64,000 nucleotides of DNA from Labilithrix sp. (lineage in GTDB: Bacteria; Myxococcota_A; Polyangia; Polyangiales; Polyangiaceae). Location of the stretch: NCBI GenBank assembly GCA_046351255.1, contig JAXLYU010000005.1:1274583-1338582 (forward strand), given 5' to 3'. Below the pieces are notes generated by a model. That model ran no database searches and was not told where the DNA came from. It saw nothing but the letters and a program-made list of their open reading frames with translations. The position numbers and the translations under genes were made by a program. Positions 19,362-28,592 of this stretch are shown here, in pieces; within the stretch, counting starts at the first letter, position 1; every line of letters starts with the position of its first letter.

Positions 19362-19605
19362 ACCGCCGCCGAAAAACAGGGTCCTCGTTCGCGAAAGAGG
19401 CAGTTCTGATGGTCAAGTCATCGAACCAATATTTGATCGGTGATTCAACCACTACGCAGTTACGCACCCGGGTGCGAACGGGCGAGCGCACCCGAGCGAC
19501 CCTCGGCAGGTCGGCTCGCTCGGGTCGGACGCGAACGCCCCAGGCAGCGCCCCCTTGGGGTCAGGGCGATGAACGGGGCGTCGACGAAAACGACGATGAT
19601 GTCAG

Positions 19606-19692
19606 CGGAGAGGGCGAGATTCGAACTCGCGGGAGACTTGCGCCCCCACATGATTTCCAGTCATGCACCTTCGGCCACTCGGTCACCTCTCC
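19606..19692 (-). tRNA. tRNA-Ser (anticodon GGA)
   Basis: The reverse complement folds as a type-II tRNA: GGAGAGG acceptor, D-arm GTGACCGAGTGG, anticodon stem-loop GCATGA-CTGGAAA-TCATG (anticodon GGA), long variable arm, T-arm GAGTTCGAATCTC. CCA is not encoded. Confidence 0.85.
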
Positions 19693-19902
19693 AAAGGTGG
19701 TCGAGAACTACCACGGGCTGGCGCAAGAGAGGAAGGGGTCGCGTGGACGGGAGCTCGACCGCGGCGGCGGCGTGGGCCGCTCGGACGACCACGCTCGTGA
19801 CCGTCGGGGCGGGCGCGGGCGCGAGAAACGCGGAAATTTGCGCGGATTCGACCCCTCCTCGGGGCCGGCGCCACGGGCACGCTCCGTGCGACGGACCTCG
19901 CG

Positions 19903-20511
19903 ATGCGCTCTCTCCTCACCCTCGCGCTCCTCGCCGCGATGGGCTGCGACTCCGCCGACGCGCCGGCCCCCTTCGAGGCGCGAAGCCCGAGCTCGGCGCG
20001 CGAGCGGGACGAGCAGACGACGACCGCCGAAGCGACACCCGAGCCGCCCAGCATGCCGACGGAGCCGCCGGCGCCAGCGCCACGCGCGCGGAGCTGGGCC
20101 GGGACCATCCCCGCGACGCGCACCGTCGACTTCGGCGGCGACGGGTTCTGCCGGTACCGCGTCGTGCTCACGAACGTGCGCGTCCAGGTCACCTTCGACG
20201 CCGAGGGGAAGATCCTCGCGAGCAACATCGACAACACGATGACCGAGACCCTCGCGGAGGCGTGCGACGCCAAGCCGCTCGGCAAGCAGACGAACCGCTA
20301 CCTGGTGCAGGCGTCGCAGGCGCCGATCGACGCGCTCTTCGTGTCGTTCGAGCCCCAGCCCGAGAACCTCCCTCAGGCGCAGGTCATGCTCACGCTCGAG
20401 CCCGTCGATGACCGGACCATGAAGGGACACGTCACCGTGCAGCGCATCGGCGGCAGTACCCCCGCCCTCGACTGGAACGTCGACGCCGACGTGGAGCTCG
20501 CGCCGCAATGA
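19903..20511 (+). CDS. lipoprotein (hypothetical), paralog family A
   Basis: Lipobox LLAAMGC; shares a GGxxxCxYxV..TN..VQ core with 20508..21182 and 41317..41982. Confidence 0.75.
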   Translation: MRSLLTLALLAAMGCDSADAPAPFEARSPSSARERDEQTTTAEATPEPPSMPTEPPAPAPRARSWAGTIPATRTVDFGGDGFCRYRVVLTNVRVQVTFDAEGKILASNIDNTMTETLAEACDAKPLGKQTNRYLVQASQAPIDALFVSFEPQPENLPQAQVMLTLEPVDDRTMKGHVTVQRIGGSTPALDWNVDADVELAPQ

Positions 20512-21182
20512 AGCTCTCGCTCGCCGTCGTGCCGCTCCTCGTCCTCGCCGCCGCATGCAGCGTCACCGAAACGCCCGCGTCGTTCGAGGGACCGACCTCG
20601 AGCCGCGCCGCTGCGCGGGACGACGACGACGTCGCGGGACACGACGTCGACGACGCGGACCCCGCGCCCGAGGCGCCGAAGCGTGACACGCCGACCGATA
20701 CCTCCGGCGTCACCCCCATCGTCCCGGGCGCGAAGGGCATCACCACGTGGCGCGGGCGCGTCGAGGCCACGGCGCAGACCGACTTCGGCGGCGGACCCTG
20801 GTGCGACTACCACGTGAAGATCACCAACATCGACGTCCAGCTCGCGCTCGACGCGGACGGGAAGGTCGTCTCGAGCGATCTCTCGAGCACCATGAACGAG
20901 AGCGCGACCGCGTGCGACCGCGGCGACGGGCTCTCCGTGCAGCAGAACGCCTACTCGTTTCGCGCGCCGAAGGACGAGGCGGACGCGCTCACCGTGCTCC
21001 TGCCCGATCCGAAGAACCTGCCGCAGGCGAACGTCGCGCTCACTCTCGCGCCGCCCGATGGGGCGCGCATGCGGGCGCGGCTCGTGTTCCAGCGGACCGA
21101 CGGCGCGGACGCGGCGCTCGACTGGCGCGTCATCACGGAGCTCGAGCTCAGGTCCACCAGCGGGAACGCCGTCGTGCGGTGA
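20508..21182 (+). CDS. lipoprotein (hypothetical), paralog family A
   Basis: Lipobox LVLAAAC. ATGA overlap with the upstream paralog, so a tandem duplication (FGGGPWCDYHVKITNIDVQLALDADGKV vs FGGDGFCRYRVVLTNVRVQVTFDAEGKI). Confidence 0.75.
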   Translation: MKLSLAVVPLLVLAAACSVTETPASFEGPTSSRAAARDDDDVAGHDVDDADPAPEAPKRDTPTDTSGVTPIVPGAKGITTWRGRVEATAQTDFGGGPWCDYHVKITNIDVQLALDADGKVVSSDLSSTMNESATACDRGDGLSVQQNAYSFRAPKDEADALTVLLPDPKNLPQANVALTLAPPDGARMRARLVFQRTDGADAALDWRVITELELRSTSGNAVVR

Positions 21183-21192
21183 TCGGCGCTCG

Positions 21193-23499
21193 TCAGCGGC
21201 CCCACGCGTGGAGCGCGGCGGAGGTCGGGCCGTCGGCGTTGGCCCGGGGCGCGTTCGCGTTCGTGTCGTCGCGCGGGGCGTCGACCTTGAGGATGTCCGT
21301 CCATGCGAGCGCGTGCAGCGCTTCGGCCGCGATGGGATGGCTCGGGCGCACGTCGCTCACGCACTCCGCGTCGAGCGCGAGGTTGCACACCTTCGTCTCT
21401 CGCTCGCGCGCGCCCACGATGGCGAAGGTGCTCCAGCGCGCGGAGAAGCGCGACGCGGACGTGGCGACGAGCACGCGGTCCACCCTGGACGTCGCGAAGA
21501 GGCTCCGGCCCTGGAGCTGAGGCGGCGGGGCAAGCGCGAGCGCCTCGAGGATCGTCGGCGCGATGTCGATGCTGCTCGTGGGCGCGTCGTTGCGTGCGCG
21601 CGCGGGCGCGTTCGGCGAGCGCACCACGAGCGGGATCGCGAGCGTGCCCTCGTCCAGCGACTCCTCTTCGAGGAAGGGGACCTTGGCCGCCGCGTCGATG
21701 CCGATGTCGCCCGTGACGATCCACACCGTGTCGCGGTCGCGTCCGAGCGCCTTCACCTTCGCCGCGAAGGCGCCGAGCGCGATGTCGTGCGTCGCCAGCA
21801 CCTTCTGGTGCAACGCGAAGGCGCGCTCGCGGTCTGCGTCGGGGAGGCGGCCGCTGCCGATCTTCTTCTGCTTCGCGAGGACCTCGCCCGCGTGCTTCGG
21901 ATCGAGGCCGCCCTGGTAGTTCGCGGGCGGGAGGTCCTTCAGCTCCTCCGGAGTCACGTCCCACGGGGGATGGCCGCCGCGCGTGTGCACCACCACGAGG
22001 AAGCGATCGTCCTTGTGCTGCTCCAGCCAGTGCCCGGCCTCCTCGAACACGCTCGTCGCGGTCGTGTCCTCCGCCGGCATCTTCGCCGTGAACGTCTCCC
22101 AGCCGCGCGCGAAGCCGTACGCGGCGGTCGTGGTCGGGTTCGCGGTGAACATCGCCGTCATGATCCCTGCCTGGCGCGCCGCTTCGGCGACCGTGAACAC
22201 GGTGGAGGAGAGCGCTGCGTCCGGATCGTTCGCGCCGTTCTCGCGCGGACCGAGGCCCGTCAACATCGAGCCCACCGCGCCGCTCGCATAGCTGGAGCTC
22301 GCGCGGTGGGACTCGAAGACGGTGCCGTCCCTGGCGAGCGCGTCGAGCTCTGGCAGCGGGACCGTGCCGCCGTACATCGAGAGCATGCGACGCGACGTCG
22401 AGCCCATGGCCACCACGACGACGCCACGCGGCTTCATCGCGCCCTCGGCCTTTGGAGGCTCCGGCGTGGCCGACCCGACGACGCGCGCCTCGCCGAACGC
22501 CACGCGCGCGCCCTTCGTGCTCGTCTTCGCGACGAGCTCGAGGGCCGCGATCGTGCCGACGTCTCCGAGCGGCAGCGCCACCGGACGCCAGCCCGGCGGA
22601 TCCGTCGGGCCGCCGAGATGGAAGCTACCGATGACGCGCGGCTCGGAGCGATCGACGACCACGCGCACCTCCGCCTCCGCCTCGCCGCCCGTCACGCCGA
22701 TGAAACCCTCGAGCATCGCGCCGCTCGGAATGTAGGCGGTGCAGCGATCGAAGCCCGGCGCGCGGAGCGAGACCGAGCGACGCGGCGTGCCGCCGATGCT
22801 CACCGTCGTCAGCGCGTCGTTGCGCGTCGGCGCGGAGTAGGGCGCGTCACCGTCGTTCGGCCCCACGCGGATCCAGTCGATCTCGGCGAGCGCGTCGTGC
22901 TGCTGCTTCGAGCCACCGTTGAAGCGGAGGAGGAGCTCGTTCTGACCGCGCTGGATGGTGGCCGCCTGGAGGCGCGTGGACGTGATCGTGGTCTCGCCCT
23001 TCGTGAAGGAGAGGGAGCCGATGGGCTTCTGGTTCAGGTAGACGGACGCGCTCTTCGCGAGACCGCCTCGCGCGCGCGCCTCGATCGTCACGCCCGCCTC
23101 GCTCTTCAGCTCCGTCGACGACACGAACGACAGCTCGAGGGAGCGGCCGCGCGCGCTCACCCACGACGCGCCCTCGTGCTCGCGCACCTCGACGTCCGGC
23201 TTGCCGAGGCGCGTGCCCGACATGCGTGCGCGCATCGAGGGATCGCCGAGGTCGAGGAGGATGCCGCGATGACCGAACGTGCAGCCGTCGGCCTTGCCCA
23301 CGAAGTCGATCACGGTCGCGTCGGACGCCTTCGGCAGCGGCGGCGCGGTCGAGCCGAGCGGCTTCGCGGAGGCCGCCATCGACGTCGCCTCGCCGCTCGG
23401 CGCGTCCGAGCCGCTGCGCGAGCACGTGCAGCCGCTCAGCGTCATCACGAGCGCGATGAGCGAAATGGCAACGAGGCGGATGGTCCGGAAGGAGACCAT
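21193..23499 (-). CDS. sulfatase-like / alkaline-phosphatase-superfamily lipoprotein
   Basis: Lipobox LSGC. The C-terminal half has sulfatase-fold landmarks (VVVVAMGSTSRRM, DIAPTILEAL) but no canonical C/S-x-P-x-R. Confidence 0.75.
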   Translation of the reverse strand: MVSFRTIRLVAISLIALVMTLSGCTCSRSGSDAPSGEATSMAASAKPLGSTAPPLPKASDATVIDFVGKADGCTFGHRGILLDLGDPSMRARMSGTRLGKPDVEVREHEGASWVSARGRSLELSFVSSTELKSEAGVTIEARARGGLAKSASVYLNQKPIGSLSFTKGETTITSTRLQAATIQRGQNELLLRFNGGSKQQHDALAEIDWIRVGPNDGDAPYSAPTRNDALTTVSIGGTPRRSVSLRAPGFDRCTAYIPSGAMLEGFIGVTGGEAEAEVRVVVDRSEPRVIGSFHLGGPTDPPGWRPVALPLGDVGTIAALELVAKTSTKGARVAFGEARVVGSATPEPPKAEGAMKPRGVVVVAMGSTSRRMLSMYGGTVPLPELDALARDGTVFESHRASSSYASGAVGSMLTGLGPRENGANDPDAALSSTVFTVAEAARQAGIMTAMFTANPTTTAAYGFARGWETFTAKMPAEDTTATSVFEEAGHWLEQHKDDRFLVVVHTRGGHPPWDVTPEELKDLPPANYQGGLDPKHAGEVLAKQKKIGSGRLPDADRERAFALHQKVLATHDIALGAFAAKVKALGRDRDTVWIVTGDIGIDAAAKVPFLEEESLDEGTLAIPLVVRSPNAPARARNDAPTSSIDIAPTILEALALAPPPQLQGRSLFATSRVDRVLVATSASRFSARWSTFAIVGARERETKVCNLALDAECVSDVRPSHPIAAEALHALAWTDILKVDAPRDDTNANAPRANADGPTSAALHAWGR

Positions 23500-23521
23500 G
23501 CCGCCTCTTAGCGTTGGATGC

Positions 23522-26515
23522 TTACCGTGCCAAGTGCGCGAGACGGCTCAGGCCTTCGGCGTTGTCCGGCTTCGGGTTCATGCCCGTCGTCCTCGGCGTT
23601 TTCGCGCTGGAACCGGCGTCCTTGCCGGCTCCGGACGTCTCGTCCGTCTTCATCTCGCCCTGCTGCGACTTGTAGAACGCGTCGTCCGCGCGATCCTGCT
23701 CCGTCTGCGCGGTCACGCTTGGTGCGGGCAGCATCATCTCCACCGCCGGCGGCTCCGCCTGGTTCTGCTTCGGCATGCCCATCGGGTGCGACGTGAAGTG
23801 CAGCACCGCCCAGGCCACCACGCCCGTCGCGGTGATGAAGGCCAGCATCGGCCACGCCTTGCGCCTGGGCGCGGGCGTCTCCGTCGGCATCTCTCCCTGG
23901 CTCGGATCGTCCGTCACCGCCGCGAATGGCGTGAGCTCCGCGGGGATGGGGAGGCCGTCCTCGTCCGTGCCCGGGACGATCGCCTCGCTGTGATAGACGT
24001 CGTCTTCGTCGTCGGCCACCGCGGGCGACGAGGAGGCATAGACCGTGTTCTCGACGACGGTCGGCTCACCGAGCGCGACGATCTGCTCCGCGGGCGGCGT
24101 GCCGGTCGCCTCGTAGAACGTCGGCGACGGCGTGAGCTGGCGCGGCTTCAACGCCGCCGGATCGACGATCATCGGCGCCGGCGAGTCGAAGGGGAACATG
24201 TCCTTGAGCATCTGCACCGGCGCGGGCGACGGTGAGCGATTCATCGCCTCGCGCAGGACCGCTTCCTCGACGGAGGCGGCCGGCGACGGGGCGGGCGAGG
24301 CGCAGACCGGCTCGGAGGCCGCGTCCGTGCAGGAGCTCATCGGCGGCGGCGTCACGCCCCGGATGGGCAGGTCGGCGCGCGTGTCGACGTGCGGGAGGAG
24401 GGCCTGGATCGCGGGCGTCAGCATGTCTTCGCCGCCCTGGCCCTCGATCGCGACGACGAGGCCGCGCGAGGCGAGGTCGCAGAGGATGTCGTCGAGGAGC
24501 GCCGCTTCGCAGCCGCCGTGGAGGACGAGCTCGCGGGGCGTCGCGCCGTTCGCGAGGCGGCGCGCGACGAGGCGCGCCTTCTCGGGCGTGGCCTTGAGGT
24601 AGTCGACGAGCGCGTGCTCGTCGAAGCGGATGCGCGCCACGGTGTTCATGCGCGAGCCGGTGAGGAGCGAGGTGGCGGCGCGCGCCTTCGCGATCGGCTT
24701 CGCGAGCTGCGACGCGAGGTTGCCCTCGAGCTCCGACTCGACGGCGGAGGTCGACGTGGTCACCGCGAAGCGACCCGCGCCGACGCCGAGCATCTGCGCG
24801 AGCATCGCCTTGCCCTTCACGAAGCCGCCCTCGGCGTCGGTGCGCGTGACGCGACGCGGAGCGCCGCTGCGCATCTCGACCTCGTAGAGGAAGCTCGCGT
24901 CGCGGATGGAGACGCGCGCGTCCGGGCGGGTCTCGCTCACCGCTTCGAGGAGCGTCTTGATGCTGACGCCGTCGAGGCGGCCGCGGACCTCGCCGTCCTC
25001 GCGGAGGCGCGTCTCGATGCGGGCGCGGCCGCGGAGCGCCTCGCGGACGCGTGCGATGATGGCGCGCGTGTCGCTCTCCTTGCGGACGTAGCCGGACGCG
25101 TTCGCGCCGAGCTCGCGCACGCGCTGGAGAAGGTCTTCCTTCCAGGAGAGCAGGATGACCGGCGTGTCGCGGAGCGCGACGTCGCGGCGGATGGCGCGGC
25201 AGAGCGAGAAGCCGTCGAGGTTCGGCATCAGGATGTCGCTGATGACGAGATCGGGCGACGACTCGTACGCGAGCTCGAGCGCCTTCTTGCCATCGAAGGC
25301 CTCGAGGACGTCGCAGCCCGCCGTCTTGAGGAGGTCGGCGAGGAACCAGACCACGGCCGGATCGTCGTCCGCGACGACGACGCGACGGCCATCGAGGCGA
25401 ACGTCCGCCGCGGCGCTCCGCTTCTGGCTGCCGGTGGAGGTCGAGCGGTCCGAGCGCGCAGGCTCGTGGAGGAGCAGCGCCGGCGTGATGGCGCCTTCGG
25501 GGCCGCCCGCGAAGCGGACCGCGCCGTCGGTGCGCGCGGTGACGACCTCGCGCACGCGGGCGATCGCGCCCCACATCGCGCCGAGCACCTCGGTGCCTTC
25601 GCCGAGGGCGATGCGACGCGTGCGCGCGGCGGGGTCGGCGCGGCCGACGATGGCCTCGCGCACCTCGTTGGCGAGGCGGTCCGCGAGCTCCTCGAGGGTC
25701 GGCTCGCCGATGACGGCGTGCGCGGTGAGCGTGCCGCGATCCGGCGAGAGCGTCTCCTCGCACATCTCGCGCAGCGCCGACTTGGTCATCGGCTTCGCCA
25801 TCGTCTTCGCGACGCCCATCGCGACGAAGCGCGAGGCCTCGCCGTGCTCCTGGAACGAGCCGAGGACGACGATCGGGACCGTCTCCGTGAGCGGATCGTC
25901 CATCAGCGCGTCGACGAGATCGATCGCGTTGGGCAGATCCGCGTCGAGGATGATGAGGTCGGGCTCCGTCGTGCGAACGAGGTCGTACGCGGTCGTGACG
26001 TCGGGCGTCGTCTCCGCCGTGAACGCGATCGTCGCCGCACGCGTGGTGTGCGGGTCGTGGCCGAGCAGCGCCTCCGCGATCTGGGGCGCACCGACGACGA
26101 GGACCTCGCGCTTCGGGAGCGACTTCACGTGGTCGTTCGCCTCCGCGCGGGAGGAGCGCGCGATGCCATCGCCCCAGGCGAGGGCGGGGAGGTCCTCGAC
26201 GAGCTGCTCGACCGCGTCGAGGTCGTGATCGTGCTCGAGCTTGGCGATGGTCTCGCCGAGGGCGCGATCCATCGCCTCGAACTTCATCATCTTCGCCGCG
26301 GAGGCGAGGCTGCCGAGCCGCTTCTTCAGGTCTGCGCGGGCGTTCGGGGTGTCCGACTTCACCGCCGCGAGCGCGATGCGGAGGTCTGCGACCTTCCGTC
26401 CGAGCCCGGCGACGAAGTCGGCGCGGGCACCGCCGAGGCGCGCCCCGTTTCCCGCGCCTTCGCGGTGATGGTCCTTGAGGCGATTCCCGCGGGCACTCGT
26501 GGCTGCAGAATGCAT
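23522..26515 (-). CDS. multidomain response regulator: two receiver (REC) domains + DUF4388 + C-terminal TM segment
   Basis: Two REC domains (VLVVGAPQ...LIILDADLP..VPIVVLG and RVVVADDDPAVVWFLADLL...DLVISDILMPNLDGFSL...). A DUF4388-like region follows (GRLDGVSIKTLLEAV), then a Pro/Ser-rich linker and a hydrophobic helix. Start taken at MHSAATS; the upstream extension conflicts with the divergent GNAT gene. Confidence 0.75.
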   Translation of the reverse strand: MHSAATSARGNRLKDHHREGAGNGARLGGARADFVAGLGRKVADLRIALAAVKSDTPNARADLKKRLGSLASAAKMMKFEAMDRALGETIAKLEHDHDLDAVEQLVEDLPALAWGDGIARSSRAEANDHVKSLPKREVLVVGAPQIAEALLGHDPHTTRAATIAFTAETTPDVTTAYDLVRTTEPDLIILDADLPNAIDLVDALMDDPLTETVPIVVLGSFQEHGEASRFVAMGVAKTMAKPMTKSALREMCEETLSPDRGTLTAHAVIGEPTLEELADRLANEVREAIVGRADPAARTRRIALGEGTEVLGAMWGAIARVREVVTARTDGAVRFAGGPEGAITPALLLHEPARSDRSTSTGSQKRSAAADVRLDGRRVVVADDDPAVVWFLADLLKTAGCDVLEAFDGKKALELAYESSPDLVISDILMPNLDGFSLCRAIRRDVALRDTPVILLSWKEDLLQRVRELGANASGYVRKESDTRAIIARVREALRGRARIETRLREDGEVRGRLDGVSIKTLLEAVSETRPDARVSIRDASFLYEVEMRSGAPRRVTRTDAEGGFVKGKAMLAQMLGVGAGRFAVTTSTSAVESELEGNLASQLAKPIAKARAATSLLTGSRMNTVARIRFDEHALVDYLKATPEKARLVARRLANGATPRELVLHGGCEAALLDDILCDLASRGLVVAIEGQGGEDMLTPAIQALLPHVDTRADLPIRGVTPPPMSSCTDAASEPVCASPAPSPAASVEEAVLREAMNRSPSPAPVQMLKDMFPFDSPAPMIVDPAALKPRQLTPSPTFYEATGTPPAEQIVALGEPTVVENTVYASSSPAVADDEDDVYHSEAIVPGTDEDGLPIPAELTPFAAVTDDPSQGEMPTETPAPRRKAWPMLAFITATGVVAWAVLHFTSHPMGMPKQNQAEPPAVEMMLPAPSVTAQTEQDRADDAFYKSQQGEMKTDETSGAGKDAGSSAKTPRTTGMNPKPDNAEGLSRLAHLAR

Positions 26516-26530
26516 TGATCCGCGGGTAAC

Positions 26531-27712
26531 ATGCGGTCTGTGGACGGGCCCAATTTCCGGCAAGCGCACGAGCGCGATCGCGAACGACTGATCGAGCTCG
26601 AAGGGCAGGGTTACCCGTTCGAGAGCGGCCAGCTCGAGCTGGAACGCGCGATTTTCCACAATCCGCTCGGGGAGTTACGAGATTTTCACGTCGGCACCCT
26701 CGACGACGACATCGTCTGTCAGGCGTTCCTCTTTCGCCTGCGCGCGTACTTTGGCGGAGCGCGGGTGAAGATGGGCGGGATCGCGTCGGTGGCGGTGGCG
26801 GCGGAGGCCCGCGGGCGCGGGGCGGCGAGTGGGCTGATGGACCACCTCCACTCCCTCGCTCGGCGACGGGGCATGCCCATCACGATGCTCTACGCGTTCC
26901 GTCAGGGCTTCTACACGCGCCTCGGCTACGCGCCGTGCTCGTCGCGTAAGCGCCTCGTGATCGATGCGCGAGCGATCCCGCGCTCGTGGAACGCGCCCGT
27001 GCGGCGCGCGCGCGGCGCGGATCGAAGGCTCATCGAGCGCCTTCATCGCGAGGTCGCGCGCACGATGACGGGCGTGCACGAGCGACCGAAGGCGCTCTGG
27101 GATCTGAGGCTCGCGCGGCCGACGCGCATCATCCTCGTGACGGACGGCGGCTACCTCATGTTCGAGATCCGCCAGGAGGTGCATCACACGGAGGCCGTCG
27201 CCGTGGTCGACGAGCTCGTCGCCACGACCCTCGACGCCCGTCGCGCGCTGCTCGGCGCGCTCGGGCGCATGCGCGATCAGGTCTCGTCGATCGAGTACGA
27301 GGTCGCGGAGAACGATCCGATCGAGCTCGCGCTGATCGATCCCGACGGGCACCGGTACGGCGACCAGGAGGTGGAGCACGACCTCGGCCGTCTCGTCGGC
27401 GGTCCGCTCGTGCGGCTCACCGATGTGGAGCTCGGCCTCACCGCCCGCGGGTATCACGCCGATGGCGCGTTCACGGTCGCGCTCGACGATCGGCACCTCG
27501 GCGTGCAGGTGAAGGGGGGCGTGGCCGCGCTCGGAAGGCCGCGCGGGCCGGAGCTCGCGACGGGCCGCGCGACGCTCGGAGCCCTGCTTTATGGCGGTCT
27601 CGGCCTCCGCGAGGCGGTGCGCCTCGGCCTCGCGCGCATCGACGCGAAGGCTCTCGCGCGGGTGGATTCCATCCTCCGGCTGCCTCCGATCCTGCCGCTG
27701 GATCCGTTCTGA
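26531..27712 (+). CDS. GNAT N-acetyltransferase, Eis-like (GNAT + SCP2-like C-terminal domain)
   Basis: Acetyl-CoA-binding motif A (IASVAVAAEARGRGAASGLMDHL) and a tyrosine-containing region (YAFRQGFYTRLGY). Approx 390 aa, as in the Eis family. Confidence 0.8.
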   Translation: MRSVDGPNFRQAHERDRERLIELEGQGYPFESGQLELERAIFHNPLGELRDFHVGTLDDDIVCQAFLFRLRAYFGGARVKMGGIASVAVAAEARGRGAASGLMDHLHSLARRRGMPITMLYAFRQGFYTRLGYAPCSSRKRLVIDARAIPRSWNAPVRRARGADRRLIERLHREVARTMTGVHERPKALWDLRLARPTRIILVTDGGYLMFEIRQEVHHTEAVAVVDELVATTLDARRALLGALGRMRDQVSSIEYEVAENDPIELALIDPDGHRYGDQEVEHDLGRLVGGPLVRLTDVELGLTARGYHADGAFTVALDDRHLGVQVKGGVAALGRPRGPELATGRATLGALLYGGLGLREAVRLGLARIDAKALARVDSILRLPPILPLDPF

Positions 27713-27743
27713 CGCGGTCGCGCTATATTGCCCGGCTTCCGTG

Positions 27744-28574
27744 ATGCAGCATCAGCGGCCGCCTATGGACAGGGGGCATCGGCCCCAGCCGACGGGCGAG
27801 CCGTTGCACGAGGACGACGCCGATGCTGGCGCGTCGCTCATCCTCCGCATCGGGATCCTCGTCGCGGGCGGCGTCATCTCGGGGCTCGTCGCGTCGATGC
27901 CGGCGGCGCTGCGGCTCGGTGGCGAGGGATCGCTCGCCACGCTGCTCACGCGCTGGATCATCCTCGGCGCGCTCTGCCTGCCCACCGCGGTCGTCGCCGT
28001 CGCCGTGCTGCGTCGCGCGCGCGTCGGCCTGCGCGAGCTGCTCGGCGAGCGCGCGCAGCTCCTCGTCATCGGTGTCCTGTGGTGGTCCGTCATCATGCTC
28101 GGCCTCCTCGCCGTCGTCGGCGCGGTCCTTCGAAAGACGACCCACCACCACGCGCTCGCGGGCGTGACCTTCGCCGTCTTCGCCGTGATGTCCGGCATCG
28201 TCGTCGCGCTGCTCGCGAGGCGCACCACCGCCATGCTCGATCGCGGCGGGGGCAAGCTGCAGAAGGTGGGGCTCACGATCGTCGGCGGTTGCGCGGTCGT
28301 GGTGATCGCCCTCGTGCTCGTGCGCACCGCGAAGGCGACCGAGCTGCACGCCGCGGCCGGCATCGTCGACGCGATCGCGCTCGCGATCTGCGCGCTCATG
28401 ACCTCGTCGCGTGCGTTCACGAAGCTCCGGCCGCTCGCCGTGATCGGACTCCCGGTCGCGATCCTCGTGCTGGTCATCGGGCTCACGCTCCTGCGCTTCG
28501 ATCCGAAGCTCTATCCTGTGCTCGCCGCGGGCGCGCCGCTCCACACGCTGGTCCTCGATCTCTTCGGACACTGA
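27744..28574 (+). CDS. polytopic membrane protein (hypothetical)
   Basis: Multiple hydrophobic helices; start chosen at MQHQRPP. The upstream part of the listed ORF is R/S-rich. Confidence 0.6.
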   Translation: MQHQRPPMDRGHRPQPTGEPLHEDDADAGASLILRIGILVAGGVISGLVASMPAALRLGGEGSLATLLTRWIILGALCLPTAVVAVAVLRRARVGLRELLGERAQLLVIGVLWWSVIMLGLLAVVGAVLRKTTHHHALAGVTFAVFAVMSGIVVALLARRTTAMLDRGGGKLQKVGLTIVGGCAVVVIALVLVRTAKATELHAAAGIVDAIALAICALMTSSRAFTKLRPLAVIGLPVAILVLVIGLTLLRFDPKLYPVLAAGAPLHTLVLDLFGH

Positions 28575-28592
28575 GGCTAAGGTCCGGCCGCC

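Noticed and set aside
19460-19651. 63-aa ORF overlapping the tRNA-Ser region
   Set aside because: It overlaps a well-folded tRNA gene, and the translation is R/S/A-rich.
21058-23511. 817-aa ORF on the plus strand across the sulfatase-like gene
   Set aside because: Arg-rich shadow ORF. The minus-strand frame has the lipobox and sulfatase-fold motifs.
24066-26518. ORFs 24066..25763(-) 565 aa and 24389..26518(+) 709 aa overlapping the REC-DUF4388 gene
   Set aside because: Out-of-frame or antisense with R/G/A-rich composition. The real frame shows two receiver domains.
26516-26659. Upstream extension (MENRAFQLE...) of the REC-DUF4388 gene
   Set aside because: It overlaps the divergently transcribed GNAT gene start at 26531. 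Clear coding bias begins at ATG 26515.
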